Shown piece after piece: positions 1-7,500 of a DNA stretch of 11,936 bases. A model generated the notes under the pieces. It did not search any database, was not told the DNA's origin, and worked only from the letters and a program-made list of their open reading frames with translations. Numbering within the stretch: the first letter of the stretch is position 1; the number at the start of each line of letters is the position of its first letter. Origin of the DNA: Nitrososphaerota archaeon (GTDB lineage: Archaea > Thermoproteota > Nitrososphaeria > Nitrososphaerales > UBA57); NCBI GenBank assembly GCA_013378385.1, contig JACAFS010000031.1:1-11936 (forward strand), read 5' to 3'. Made by a program: the position numbers and the translations under genes.

Positions 1-221
1 CAAAAATTAAAGAAACTAAACCAAAAATTAAAGAAGCTAAAGAACCTGAAAAGAAAACAAGAGGAAGAAAACCAAAAATTAAAGAAACTAAACCAAAAAT
101 TAAAGAAGCTAAAGAACCTGAAAAGAAAACAAGAGGAAGAAAACCAAAAATTAAAGAAACTAAACCAAAAATTAAAGAAACTAAAGAACCTGAAAAGAAA
201 ACAAAACGTGGAAGAAAAAGT
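1..221 (+). repeat. In-frame 72-bp tandem repeat with at least 3 copies; the array is cut by the window edge. Each unit holds a nested 21-bp sub-repeat, CCAAAAATTAAAGAARCTAAA, twice
   Basis: Bases 1-72 and 73-144 are identical. The third copy starts at 145. It differs by GCT>ACT at one codon and by a diverged end, ACAAAACGTGGAAGAAAAAGT versus ACAAGAGGAAGAAAACCA, which is one codon longer. The period is a multiple of 3 and the repeat is read in the same frame as the downstream winged-helix domain. Confidence 0.95.
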
Positions 222-587
222 AAAGTTGAATTTGCAGATCTTACAGCAAGAGTTTATGAAATCGTAATTGAAAATGGTAGAGAAGGGATATTACAAAGTG
301 AATTATGGAAGAAATTAGGTTTGAGTAGTAGAGAAGGATCTAGATTAGCTATAAAATTAGAGAAGAGAAGGATTGTAGATAGACAAAAACTTTTGGAAGG
401 GGGAAGATGGACGTATAAATTAACACCGGTGAAATTCCCAGTTAAAGTTGATTCAATAGAAAATATTCCGTGTATAACCTGTCCAGAAGAAGAGAGATGT
501 TCTGCAGACGGGGTTGTTACGCCATTTGATTGTTTATTTATTGAGAATTGGGTATTAACAGAACAAGATAAGATTAAAAAAGAATAA
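1..587 (+). CDS. 5'-truncated winged-helix protein with a C-terminal 4-Cys domain, TFE-beta / RNA polymerase III RPC34(RPC6)-like, carrying an N-terminal Lys-rich repeat array
   Basis: Frame +3 is open from the window edge (first full codon at 3) to TAA at 585-587. There is no in-frame ATG or GTG between 3 and 320. The TTG at 321 used by the ORF track would cut the winged-helix fold in half, so the real start lies upstream of the window. The translation is [PKIKETK PKIKEAK EPEKKTRGRK]x3, then SKVEFADLTARVYEIVIENGREGILQSELWKKLGLSSREGSRLAIKLEKRRIVDRQKLLEGGRWTYKL (an RPC34/TFE-beta-type winged-helix pattern), then CITCPEEERCSADGVVTPFDC (CX2CX5CX10C, Cys codons at 471, 480, 498 and 531). The family call comes from motif recognition only. 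Confidence 0.6.
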   Translation, partial: KIKETKPKIKEAKEPEKKTRGRKPKIKETKPKIKEAKEPEKKTRGRKPKIKETKPKIKETKEPEKKTKRGRKSKVEFADLTARVYEIVIENGREGILQSELWKKLGLSSREGSRLAIKLEKRRIVDRQKLLEGGRWTYKLTPVKFPVKVDSIENIPCITCPEEERCSADGVVTPFDCLFIENWVLTEQDKIKKE

Positions 588-597
588 TATATATTAG
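571..597 (+). promoter_or_regulatory. Candidate TATA-like elements upstream of rlmE (ATTAAAAAA near 572-580 and AATAATATATATTA near 583-596)
   Basis: The A/T-only boxes are centred about 29 nt and about 18 nt upstream of the TTG start at 607. The first spacing fits a leaderless or near-leaderless archaeal transcript. Both boxes overlap the 3' end of the upstream CDS. This is a pattern-only call. Confidence 0.25.
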
Positions 598-606
598 AAT
601 TATATT

Positions 607-1200
607 TTGCGATTAGAAGATGCTAAAAAGGACCATTATAGAAAACTAGCAAAAGAACTAGGGTATAGAAGTAGATCTGCGTTCAAGCTAATAGAATTAA
701 ATAAAAAATACAATTTAATCAAATCAAATGACAATATATTAGATTTTGGTGCGGCCCCAGGAGGATGGCTGCAAGTATCGTCAAAATTAGTCATGCCAAA
801 GGGAAAAGTAATAGGTGTAGATATACTGCCAATAATGCCGTTAGGAGAAAATGTTACAATATTTCAAGGAGACATTAGGGAAAAAGAAGTGATAGAAAGG
901 ATATTACACGCAGGAGAGGGGAAAATGGATGTTGTATTATCAGATATGGCTCCAAACATATCAGGAATATGGAAAATAGATCACAATAACCAAATCGATT
1001 TAACAATGTTAATTATTGACAGATTTCCCGAGTTATTAGAAAAAAATGGTAGTTGTTTGTTAAAAGCATTTGATGGACCGAGATTAAAATCATTAGAAAA
1101 TAATTTAAAAAAGAATTTCAAGAATGTGAAACTAATAAAACCGAAAGTAAGCAGAAATGCAAGCAGTGAGTTATATATTTCCTGTAGAGGATTCAGATAA
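607..1200 (+). CDS. rlmE: 23S rRNA 2'-O-ribose (U2552-type) methyltransferase RlmE/FtsJ/RrmJ
   Basis: 197 aa. The N-terminus DHYRKLAKELGYRSRSAFKLIEL is typical of the family. The SAM-binding motif is ILDFGAAPGGWLQV. K-D-K-E tetrad candidates are present (SAFKL, SDMAP, LLKAFDG, SSELYISCRG). The C-terminus aligns to the family end. The only usable in-frame start after the TAG at 595-597 is TTG at 607; there is no ATG or GTG before the SAM motif. Confidence 0.9.
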   Translation: MRLEDAKKDHYRKLAKELGYRSRSAFKLIELNKKYNLIKSNDNILDFGAAPGGWLQVSSKLVMPKGKVIGVDILPIMPLGENVTIFQGDIREKEVIERILHAGEGKMDVVLSDMAPNISGIWKIDHNNQIDLTMLIIDRFPELLEKNGSCLLKAFDGPRLKSLENNLKKNFKNVKLIKPKVSRNASSELYISCRGFR

Positions 1201-2331
1201 AATTTTATTTATCTCATTAACATTGGCAGTAGTCCGAAAACCAGTAGAATGTAAGACGGTTCTGGAAGAAATAAAATCATTTTCATTTAATTTAGATAAA
1301 ATTGTTTCAACTGGAAATGATGAGATTTTGAGGTTTTGAGAGATATTATCGGTAACATAATACAAAGGAGGCATAGAAGATTCCGAAATTGCTATTTCAA
1401 AGAGTTTTGTTAGATTAGAATCTGTAGAATTATCAATAGAGATATTTAGAAGAGATTTATCGAATAGATTCCCGATCCAGATTGGACCTGCAAGTTTACA
1501 ATTTGAAGAACATAAATCACAGGATAATATAGGAGATTCAGATACAGCTCTATGATTACATTCAGGACAATGTCTAAGAAAACCAAGTTTTCCTTCAGTA
1601 TCAGAAATAGAGTCAGTAATTTGAACATAAACTTGGATATAGTGTTTATCAGTATGGCAGAAAATAGGTTTAATGCCTAATTCATAATGAGATGAAATAG
1701 AAGCTAGTGAGAAAAGCATTATTCTCAATGCAGTTTCGTTAAAATATTCAGTATTAAGAGATAAACTTCCGTATTTTCGTAAACAGACTTTTGGATATAC
1801 GCCACAAAGAACTGCCCCATCAGTTGCAGTAAGAGATAATATTCCATTAATTTTTAATGCACGAATAGCAGAATCTATATATTGGATAGGAGAACCGAAA
1901 GGATCTAAATCGATAAAATCAAAACGATTTTCGCGATCAGTAAAATTAGATAAAAATTTATTTGCTTCGTTTGTTGAAACTTCAGCTAATGAATTAAGGT
2001 TATTGTGTTTAAGTGAATCATTTATGTAGTCAATAGCGTTGACATTTGTGTCGTTAAAATAGATTTTTTTGATATAATTTGATTCATTAGCAAGACGTAT
2101 TCCAGTTGCACCAACTCCTGATAAAGTATCAGAGAAAGTAATTTTATCATCACATTGAGATGCATAACTATCAAATATGGTAATAAGTAAATCGCGTTTG
2201 AGTTTAGCCATTGTATTAAAGAATGCAGGGGTTCGTGGGGGAGGAGATTGTTCAAGACTATTTATAGGAACATAAAATTGTGTTTTACCTTCCGAGAACA
2301 ATTTACGCGAAGTATCAGGATCAGTATGCAT
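1171..2331 (-). CDS. trm1: tRNA (guanine26-N2)-dimethyltransferase Trm1
   Basis: 386 aa with an ATG start. It carries the Trm1 hallmarks AFFNTMAKLKRDL (the FYNP..NRD-type motif), GVGATGIR, and FIDLDPFGSP. A Cys cluster, CPECNHR...CDLCSSNC, is present, followed by GPIWIG. The start lies 6 nt after the srp19 stop. Confidence 0.92.
   Translation of the reverse strand: MHTDPDTSRKLFSEGKTQFYVPINSLEQSPPPRTPAFFNTMAKLKRDLLITIFDSYASQCDDKITFSDTLSGVGATGIRLANESNYIKKIYFNDTNVNAIDYINDSLKHNNLNSLAEVSTNEANKFLSNFTDRENRFDFIDLDPFGSPIQYIDSAIRALKINGILSLTATDGAVLCGVYPKVCLRKYGSLSLNTEYFNETALRIMLFSLASISSHYELGIKPIFCHTDKHYIQVYVQITDSISDTEGKLGFLRHCPECNHRAVSESPILSCDLCSSNCKLAGPIWIGNLFDKSLLNISIDNSTDSNLTKLFEIAISESSMPPLYYVTDNISQNLKISSFPVETILSKLNENDFISSRTVLHSTGFRTTANVNEINKILSESSTGNI
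1203..1210 (+). terminator. Candidate oligo-T archaeal terminator for rlmE
   Basis: TTTTATTT lies immediately after the rlmE stop codon (1198-1200). It sits inside the 3' coding region of the convergent trm1 gene. This is a pattern-only call. Confidence 0.3.
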
Positions 2332-2337
2332 AGATAA

Positions 2338-2640
2338 TCATTTTGAAGACTTTTTTGTTTCACCTTTAACAATAGTGAGCATTTTTGCAATATCCTGAAG
2401 AACCAATGTTTTTTTATTCTTTTTAGTAATCGAGATATATCCAGAATTTATCGATGCGCGTTTAGGATGTATTACTTCATGACTGACAGGATTAAGATTT
2501 AATCTCTTTGCGGCTTCTAGTAAATCAGATAAGATAGGATTTTTAATAGAACGATTTCTTGATACGCGTCGGCCTTGAGATCTAGAATAAGATGAATTGA
2601 AATAATCTAACCAAATTACTTGTTTCTCATAGTCTTTCAT
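2338..2640 (-). CDS. srp19: Signal recognition particle protein SRP19
   Basis: 100 aa with an ATG start. The N-terminal VIWLDYFNSSYSRSQGRRV matches the SRP19 signature (IWP.Y.D...SR.EGRRV). The size is typical for archaeal SRP19. Confidence 0.88.
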   Translation of the reverse strand: MKDYEKQVIWLDYFNSSYSRSQGRRVSRNRSIKNPILSDLLEAAKRLNLNPVSHEVIHPKRASINSGYISITKKNKKTLVLQDIAKMLTIVKGETKKSSK

Positions 2641-2695
2641 AAAGAAATTACACCAGAATAGTAAAACGATTTGAAGGAAAGTTATTAGTCAAGAA

Positions 2696-2839
2696 TTAGG
2701 ACTTAGATTGTTTACCTAAGTACCACCACATAAACCAGAAACCAAGTGAAAGAATTAATACCACTATACCAATTCCCCACGATACTAGATTTTGTAGGAA
2801 TGCATCGGAACCAACAAATACTTGTGCTAAAAATTTCAT
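2696..2839 (-). CDS. Hypothetical small single-pass membrane protein (47 aa), not in the supplied ORF track
   Basis: My manual translation of the - strand gives MKFLAQVFVGSDAFLQNLVSWGIGIVVLILSLGFWFMWWYLGKQSKS, followed by a stop. It runs from ATG (2839-2837) to TAA (2698-2696). One clear hydrophobic helix (about WGIGIVVLILSLGFWFMWWY) is followed by a basic tail. The ORF fills most of the otherwise unexplained gap of about 245 nt between rps8e and srp19, on the same strand as both. A TATA-like ATTTAAATTT is centred about 27 nt upstream of the ATG. I recognise no family. Confidence 0.45.
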   Translation of the reverse strand: MKFLAQVFVGSDAFLQNLVSWGIGIVVLILSLGFWFMWWYLGKQSKS

Positions 2840-2860
2840 ATCATAAATCTCCAATTAACC

Positions 2861-2870
2861 AAATTTAAAT
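2861..2870 (-). promoter_or_regulatory. Candidate TATA box for the 47-aa ORF (- strand ATTTAAATTT)
   Basis: The element is centred about 27 nt upstream of the ATG at 2839, which is the spacing expected for a leaderless archaeal mRNA. Confidence 0.35.
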
Positions 2871-2885
2871 CTGTTGACATAAAAA

Positions 2886-3272
2886 TTATTCATTAATAAG
2901 TATTCCATCTATAATTCCAGTTTGTCCAGGTCTGGATAATACACGAACTTTACCAAGTTCAGTATCAAGAATTGCACCTCTAGTAATAACACCACGTCTT
3001 TCATAGTCTCGATTAGAAGGGTTTTTGAGAACACGATTAATAGAAATTTTCTTTATTGTGTTAGTTGATTTATCTATAACATTAACCGAATTATCAGTCA
3101 CAAGTGAAACTTTGATGTTTCCACCACGAGAACTTTTTATGCGAACTGAATGATCTCCTAACAGAGTATCAACAGAGAATGTATCTTTTTCGTCAGAACG
3201 CCTACCACGAGTGTGCTTTATACGTCCGCCAGTACGTTTCCTCTTTCGTATATTTTCTAATGATTTTACCAT
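2886..3272 (-). CDS. rps8e: 30S ribosomal protein S8e
   Basis: 128 aa with an ATG start. The N-terminus has RKRKRTGGRIKHTRGRR. The C-terminal half has NPSNRDYERRGVITRGAILDTELGKVRVLSRPGQTGIIDGILI. Both match the conserved S8e pattern (NPANR.Y.RRN.ITKGAII.T..G.A.VTSRPGQDG). Confidence 0.93.
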   Translation of the reverse strand: MVKSLENIRKRKRTGGRIKHTRGRRSDEKDTFSVDTLLGDHSVRIKSSRGGNIKVSLVTDNSVNVIDKSTNTIKKISINRVLKNPSNRDYERRGVITRGAILDTELGKVRVLSRPGQTGIIDGILINE

Positions 3273-3298
3273 TTTACATCATATTAGATATCGCAGTC

Positions 3299-3310
3299 TT
3301 ATATAATTTT
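3299..3310 (-). promoter_or_regulatory. Candidate TATA box for rps8e (- strand AAAATTATATAA)
   Basis: The element is centred about 31 nt upstream of the rps8e ATG (3272). That implies a transcript with a leader of only a few nt. The element overlaps the scpB stop codon (3309-3311). Confidence 0.4.
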
Positions 3311-3890
3311 ATGCTTTATTTGGCGTAGTTTGAATTACAGGGGCTTTTTTTGGTTTAAATCCATATTTTATTAGTTGTTCCTTTAATATAGCAGGATCAT
3401 TTGCGATTCCGAAATATTCAGCAAGGCGACTTGTTGTACTAAAAATTTTAGTTCGGCCACTAGGCTCAGATTTTATAAAACCAAGTTGCTTTAACGTTCT
3501 AACGTGTTGATATGAATTAGGTCCACGTCTATCAGCTAAATCTTTTCCAGAAATCGGTTGAAAATAGACAATAAAGGACAATGTCTTTAACTCTGCATTT
3601 GATAATAGTGGTCTTGAAGAGAATTTTCTCGCAGATGTTGTAAAATTAGATTTTAATTGAATAACAAATCGATCTCCTTCTAATTCAAACATTTGAATAG
3701 CCTCAAATGTTGAATTAATTTTTGACATAAGATTTCTAGCAATGGTAGAGGATTTAATTGTAGAAGTAATGCCTGCAGCTTTTGCTAATTCAAATTTAGA
3801 TAAAGGTCGCCCAGCAGCGTATAATGCAGCTTCAATCTTGGCTTGAAGAAGCTTATCTTTAGGATTTGAAGAATCTGGAAGATTAGTCAT
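3309..3890 (-). CDS. scpB: Segregation and condensation protein B (ScpB)
   Basis: 193 aa. KIEAALYAAGRPLSKFELAKAAGI matches the ScpB N-terminal signature (IEALLFA.G.PL). The second winged-helix region has LSNAELKTLSFIVYFQPISGKDLADRRG...RTKIFSTTSRLAEYFGI. Its ATG overlaps the scpA stop (ATGA, 3887-3890). Confidence 0.85.
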   Translation of the reverse strand: MTNLPDSSNPKDKLLQAKIEAALYAAGRPLSKFELAKAAGITSTIKSSTIARNLMSKINSTFEAIQMFELEGDRFVIQLKSNFTTSARKFSSRPLLSNAELKTLSFIVYFQPISGKDLADRRGPNSYQHVRTLKQLGFIKSEPSGRTKIFSTTSRLAEYFGIANDPAILKEQLIKYGFKPKKAPVIQTTPNKA

Positions 3891-4555
3891 TGTAATACAC
3901 GGGTTATGACAATATCTGATTCAAGACTATCAGGGGATTCTAATTGTTCAAGTGTAACGATCCCATCTATTGCAGCAAATAATAATAATAAAAATGCTCG
4001 AGATTGTTCAAGTGGATTTTTTTCTTTAATAAGTTCTGTAAATAACATTCTATCAGAGTTAATTAATTTAGTAATAAGTTCCTTCTTGAAGTCTTTTGCG
4101 AGTTCTTCGAATTTAATAATATATTGATCAAAGTCAGGTTCAGAATCAAGCTGTAATAGTGAGGATTTATCTTTCTTTTCTATATCTTGTCTAGAAACAT
4201 CTTCCAAGATTTTTTCAAGGTTTGTGATTAAATCATCGATGGAAGTTGAATACAATTCATATCTGAAAGGCAATACAATAATACTAGGTGGTCCGCTACG
4301 AGAGACTCTTGGACGTTTTACTTTAAGTTTCTCAAAATAAAATAAAGTTTCTACTTTAAATCTATATAATAAAGCAGATGAAAACGCGGCAGTCCCGCAT
4401 AGGCGTAAATCAGGATTATTTTTGGTAATTATTTGTTTAAGAAATATATCTAATAAATCGGCTATGTCAACTTCCCAAGGTTTTCCTTTACGTGCAGTTT
4501 TCGGATTAACTAATAAATTCAATGGTGCTTTTGATAGTTGATTAGAATCGCTCAT
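3887..4555 (-). CDS. scpA: Segregation and condensation protein A (ScpA, kleisin)
   Basis: 222 aa. The N-terminal PWEVDIADLLDIFLKQI matches the ScpA/kleisin N-domain pattern. The C-terminal EQSRAFLLLLFAAIDGIVTLEQ is winged-helix-like. ATGA overlaps occur with smc (4552-4555) and with scpB (3887-3890). Confidence 0.85.
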   Translation of the reverse strand: MSDSNQLSKAPLNLLVNPKTARKGKPWEVDIADLLDIFLKQIITKNNPDLRLCGTAAFSSALLYRFKVETLFYFEKLKVKRPRVSRSGPPSIIVLPFRYELYSTSIDDLITNLEKILEDVSRQDIEKKDKSSLLQLDSEPDFDQYIIKFEELAKDFKKELITKLINSDRMLFTELIKEKNPLEQSRAFLLLLFAAIDGIVTLEQLESPDSLESDIVITRVLQ

Positions 4556-7500
4556 TTGACACTAATTCCTTTAGAATATTCTATGTCTTTTTCAGTAGGT
4601 CGGAATTTTAGGATCTTAGTGATACTTCGTTCATGATATACGCCATACATAGTATCTACGCGTGATAAAATTGTATCTTTAAGACTAATCATTATTACCT
4701 GAGATTTGGAAGTTCGACTTTGAAGTATTTCTGCTAATTTACTAGAATTAACTGCGTCCAAGTGGGCATCTATTTCGTCAAAAACATAGAACGGAGCGGG
4801 TTTAACTGCTTGAATAGCTAGGATCAGACATAATGCGGCTACTGTTTTCTCACCGCCACTACATATTATAATATCTCTTTCAACTTTATTAGGGAATTTG
4901 GCAAAAAGGGTAACACCTGCATTAAAGATTTCATCAGGATTATCTAGTTCAAGCCAGGCATCACCATGTAAAATTCGACCAGGAGGACAATTATCATGGT
5001 TACAATAACCGCTATCGCGAGTTGTAAGTTGTGCAAAGATATTTCTAAATTCTTTATCAATTTTTTGGAATGCATCGAGAAATGCATCACGTTTTTCAGA
5101 ATCAATATTATCGATAAACGCTACAATAGCAATTCTTTCTTTTTGAAGTTGATTTCTTCGTTCTGAGAATCCTTTATAGCCGAAATACATTGCGCGGTAT
5201 TGTTCATCAGCAAGTAGATTAACTCTTGTTCTTAGACTATTGTATTCTTTATCAAGGTCAATAAGAAGATTATCTGCGCCAGAAAAATATTCAATTAATT
5301 GATTAGAATCAAGGTCATTCAGATTATTTTTATATGATTGTATAGAATCGGACAATCTAGAATTATGATGGTCTGTACTATTGTATTTTGATGTATTTTC
5401 CATTACATGTTTTTGAATTGATTCTTTAGTTTTATTATAAGACTTGATTTCTTTATCTAAAGCATCGATTATTGGTTTCATTTTTCTTGACTCGTCCGAT
5501 AGTGATTTCTCATTAATGGAAAGTGATTCAACATTAGTTTGGAGTTCAGATAAATTATTTTCACTAGTAGTAAGAAATCCAGTTTTAGTTTCTAGTTCTT
5601 GTTTAAGTGTGGAAATCTCACCATTTAATTGTGATTTCTGATTCTTTAAATTATGTTCAAGATTTCCGCGTTCTTTAGTAATTGTAGATTGATTATTACG
5701 GATTGTCTCAGATAATGTATCGATAGCAGTAGACAGGTTAGTTTTTTCATCGTCAAGAGAATTTAACTTATTTTTTTGAGATGTTAATGAAGATTGGGAA
5801 TCAATTTTATTTTTTTGATCATTAATGAGATTATTAATAGTAATAAGTGATTTTTCTTGATCAGTTATTATGGATGAAAGCGAAGTAAGTTGTTTTTGTA
5901 AGACGTCATAATGTTCTTTAGTTTTACTAATAACTTTCGTATAACGAATTTTTATAGATTTGAGATGGGTAATTTCAGATGTGAGTTTTGTAAGGCCCAG
6001 ATTTCTATTATATTGAGTAGATTCCATTTCTTTAACTTGGGAATTGAGAGTAGTGATTGTAGTTTTACGTTTTTGAATTGATTCTCTCAGGGTATTAACG
6101 CTAGATTTAATTTGAGTGAGTGATTTGGAATCAAAAAATAGATTAGCAATAGGTGAAATACTACCAGTTTCAAAAACAGAACCGCCCGGTTCAAAGAGAT
6201 CTCCAGAAATACTCACAGTACGATAGCCTTTTTGAGACAATAAATAGCCAGTTTTGGCAGAAGAAACAAGAAGAGTGTCGCCAAAAATAAAATTCCTTAT
6301 TCCGACGTATTTATCATCTACTTTAACAAAATCAGCCAAAGAACCCAAAATATCTTTATTTTTAGGGGGATTAACTTTCTCGAAAGTAGCCACGTCAGAT
6401 AGAGGGATTAGAGCTACACGGCCCAGTTTATGTTTTTTAATTTGTGTAACAATTTGGAATAATGAAGTCATATCTTCGACTATAACTGCATTGGACCAAC
6501 GTTTTGTAGCAGCATGTAGAGCTGTTTTATACTTATCAGAATAACTAAAAAGGTCATTAGTTCCTCCCAGATATCCAGGAACTGAGTTCTCTTTTACAAT
6601 AGATTGAATATTAGATTGAACATTTTGTTTAGAAGTGATTTCTTTTGCAGCCTCGACTTTGGATTCATGTTTAAGAACTTGTTGATTAGCTTTAGTGAGA
6701 ATGTCAACAGCTTTTGTTAATTCAGATTCAATTTTTTCTCGTCGGTTTGCTAATTTAGAATTTGAATTACTCAGGTATGAAAGAGATTCTTCTTGACCAG
6801 ATTTTAGTGATTCCAATTTAGAGATTGATTTTGAGATTAAATCAACAACAGTTTCTGTCTCATTATGCTTTTTCTCATTATTAGAAATTTTTTCTTTGAG
6901 AACGGTTTCTTTTGCGATTGATAGAGATAATAAATTATTGAGTTTATTTTTTTCGTCATATGAATTTCTTAGTTGTTGATTAATATTAGAAATTAATTTT
7001 TCCTCTTCCATAATCGATTGTCGAAGAGAATTTCGTTGTAAATCACATTTTTTCATATTATTATTCAAAAGATGGAGATCTTTTTCATCATTATCGAGTG
7101 TTTTGGATAAATTATTAATAGTAGTCTCTGACGCAATACTATTTTTATTATTTTCAGAGAGCATATCAACAAGATAAGGTAATGAATCATTAATTTTTTT
7201 AGTATCTTGTTCATATTCTTTAATTTTATTTTGGAATTTTACAAGTTCTTCTTTTTTATTTGAAAGATTAATCTGAACTGTCAATAATTCTTTAGGGGCA
7301 CCTCCAATTGCCTGTGATAGAGTTGATTGTTTTTCGTTCTCTAATTCCTGAAGTTTTTCATTGATAATAATTAATTCTTCTGAGAGTTTTTCCTTCTCAC
7401 TAGAGAGTTGTACAAGAAATTGATCATTATTGTTAATAGAAGTTTTAGTGTCTTCAAGTTTTTGATTAATAATTGCAGATTTTAGATTATTTCGTTCATG

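Noticed and set aside
1-221. The tandem repeat as a CRISPR array or a non-coding minisatellite
   Set aside because: The units are directly adjacent with no unique spacers. The period is a multiple of three. The repeats are in frame with a downstream protein domain and encode a coherent Lys/Pro/Glu-rich peptide.
321-587. The ORF-track model of an 88-aa protein starting at TTG 321
   Set aside because: The frame is open to the window edge. The TTG falls in the middle of the winged-helix domain (after ...ILQSELWKKLG). The upstream in-frame sequence encodes the first helices plus the repeat array, so the gene is 5'-truncated by the window and is not an 88-aa protein.
1157-2255. ORFs at 1157-1339 (+), 1446-1628 (-) and 2022-2255 (-) inside or overlapping trm1
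   Set aside because: They lie entirely within the well-supported trm1 CDS, either antisense or out of frame. Their translations are low-complexity and Leu/Ile/Asn-rich with no recognisable motifs. Such ORFs are expected by chance in AT-rich DNA.
2696-2839. Identifying the 47-aa membrane ORF as Sec61-beta/SecG or SecE because it neighbours srp19
   Set aside because: Its sequence lacks the cytosolic N-terminal region and the conserved motifs I associate with those translocon subunits. Adjacency to srp19 alone is not evidence, so it stays hypothetical.
3906-6544. Antisense ORFs at 3906-4127, 5444-5641 and 6254-6544 (+) opposite scpA and smc
   Set aside because: They are shadow ORFs opposite strongly supported genes. 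They have Ser/Leu/Ile-rich compositions, no motifs and no plausible promoter context.
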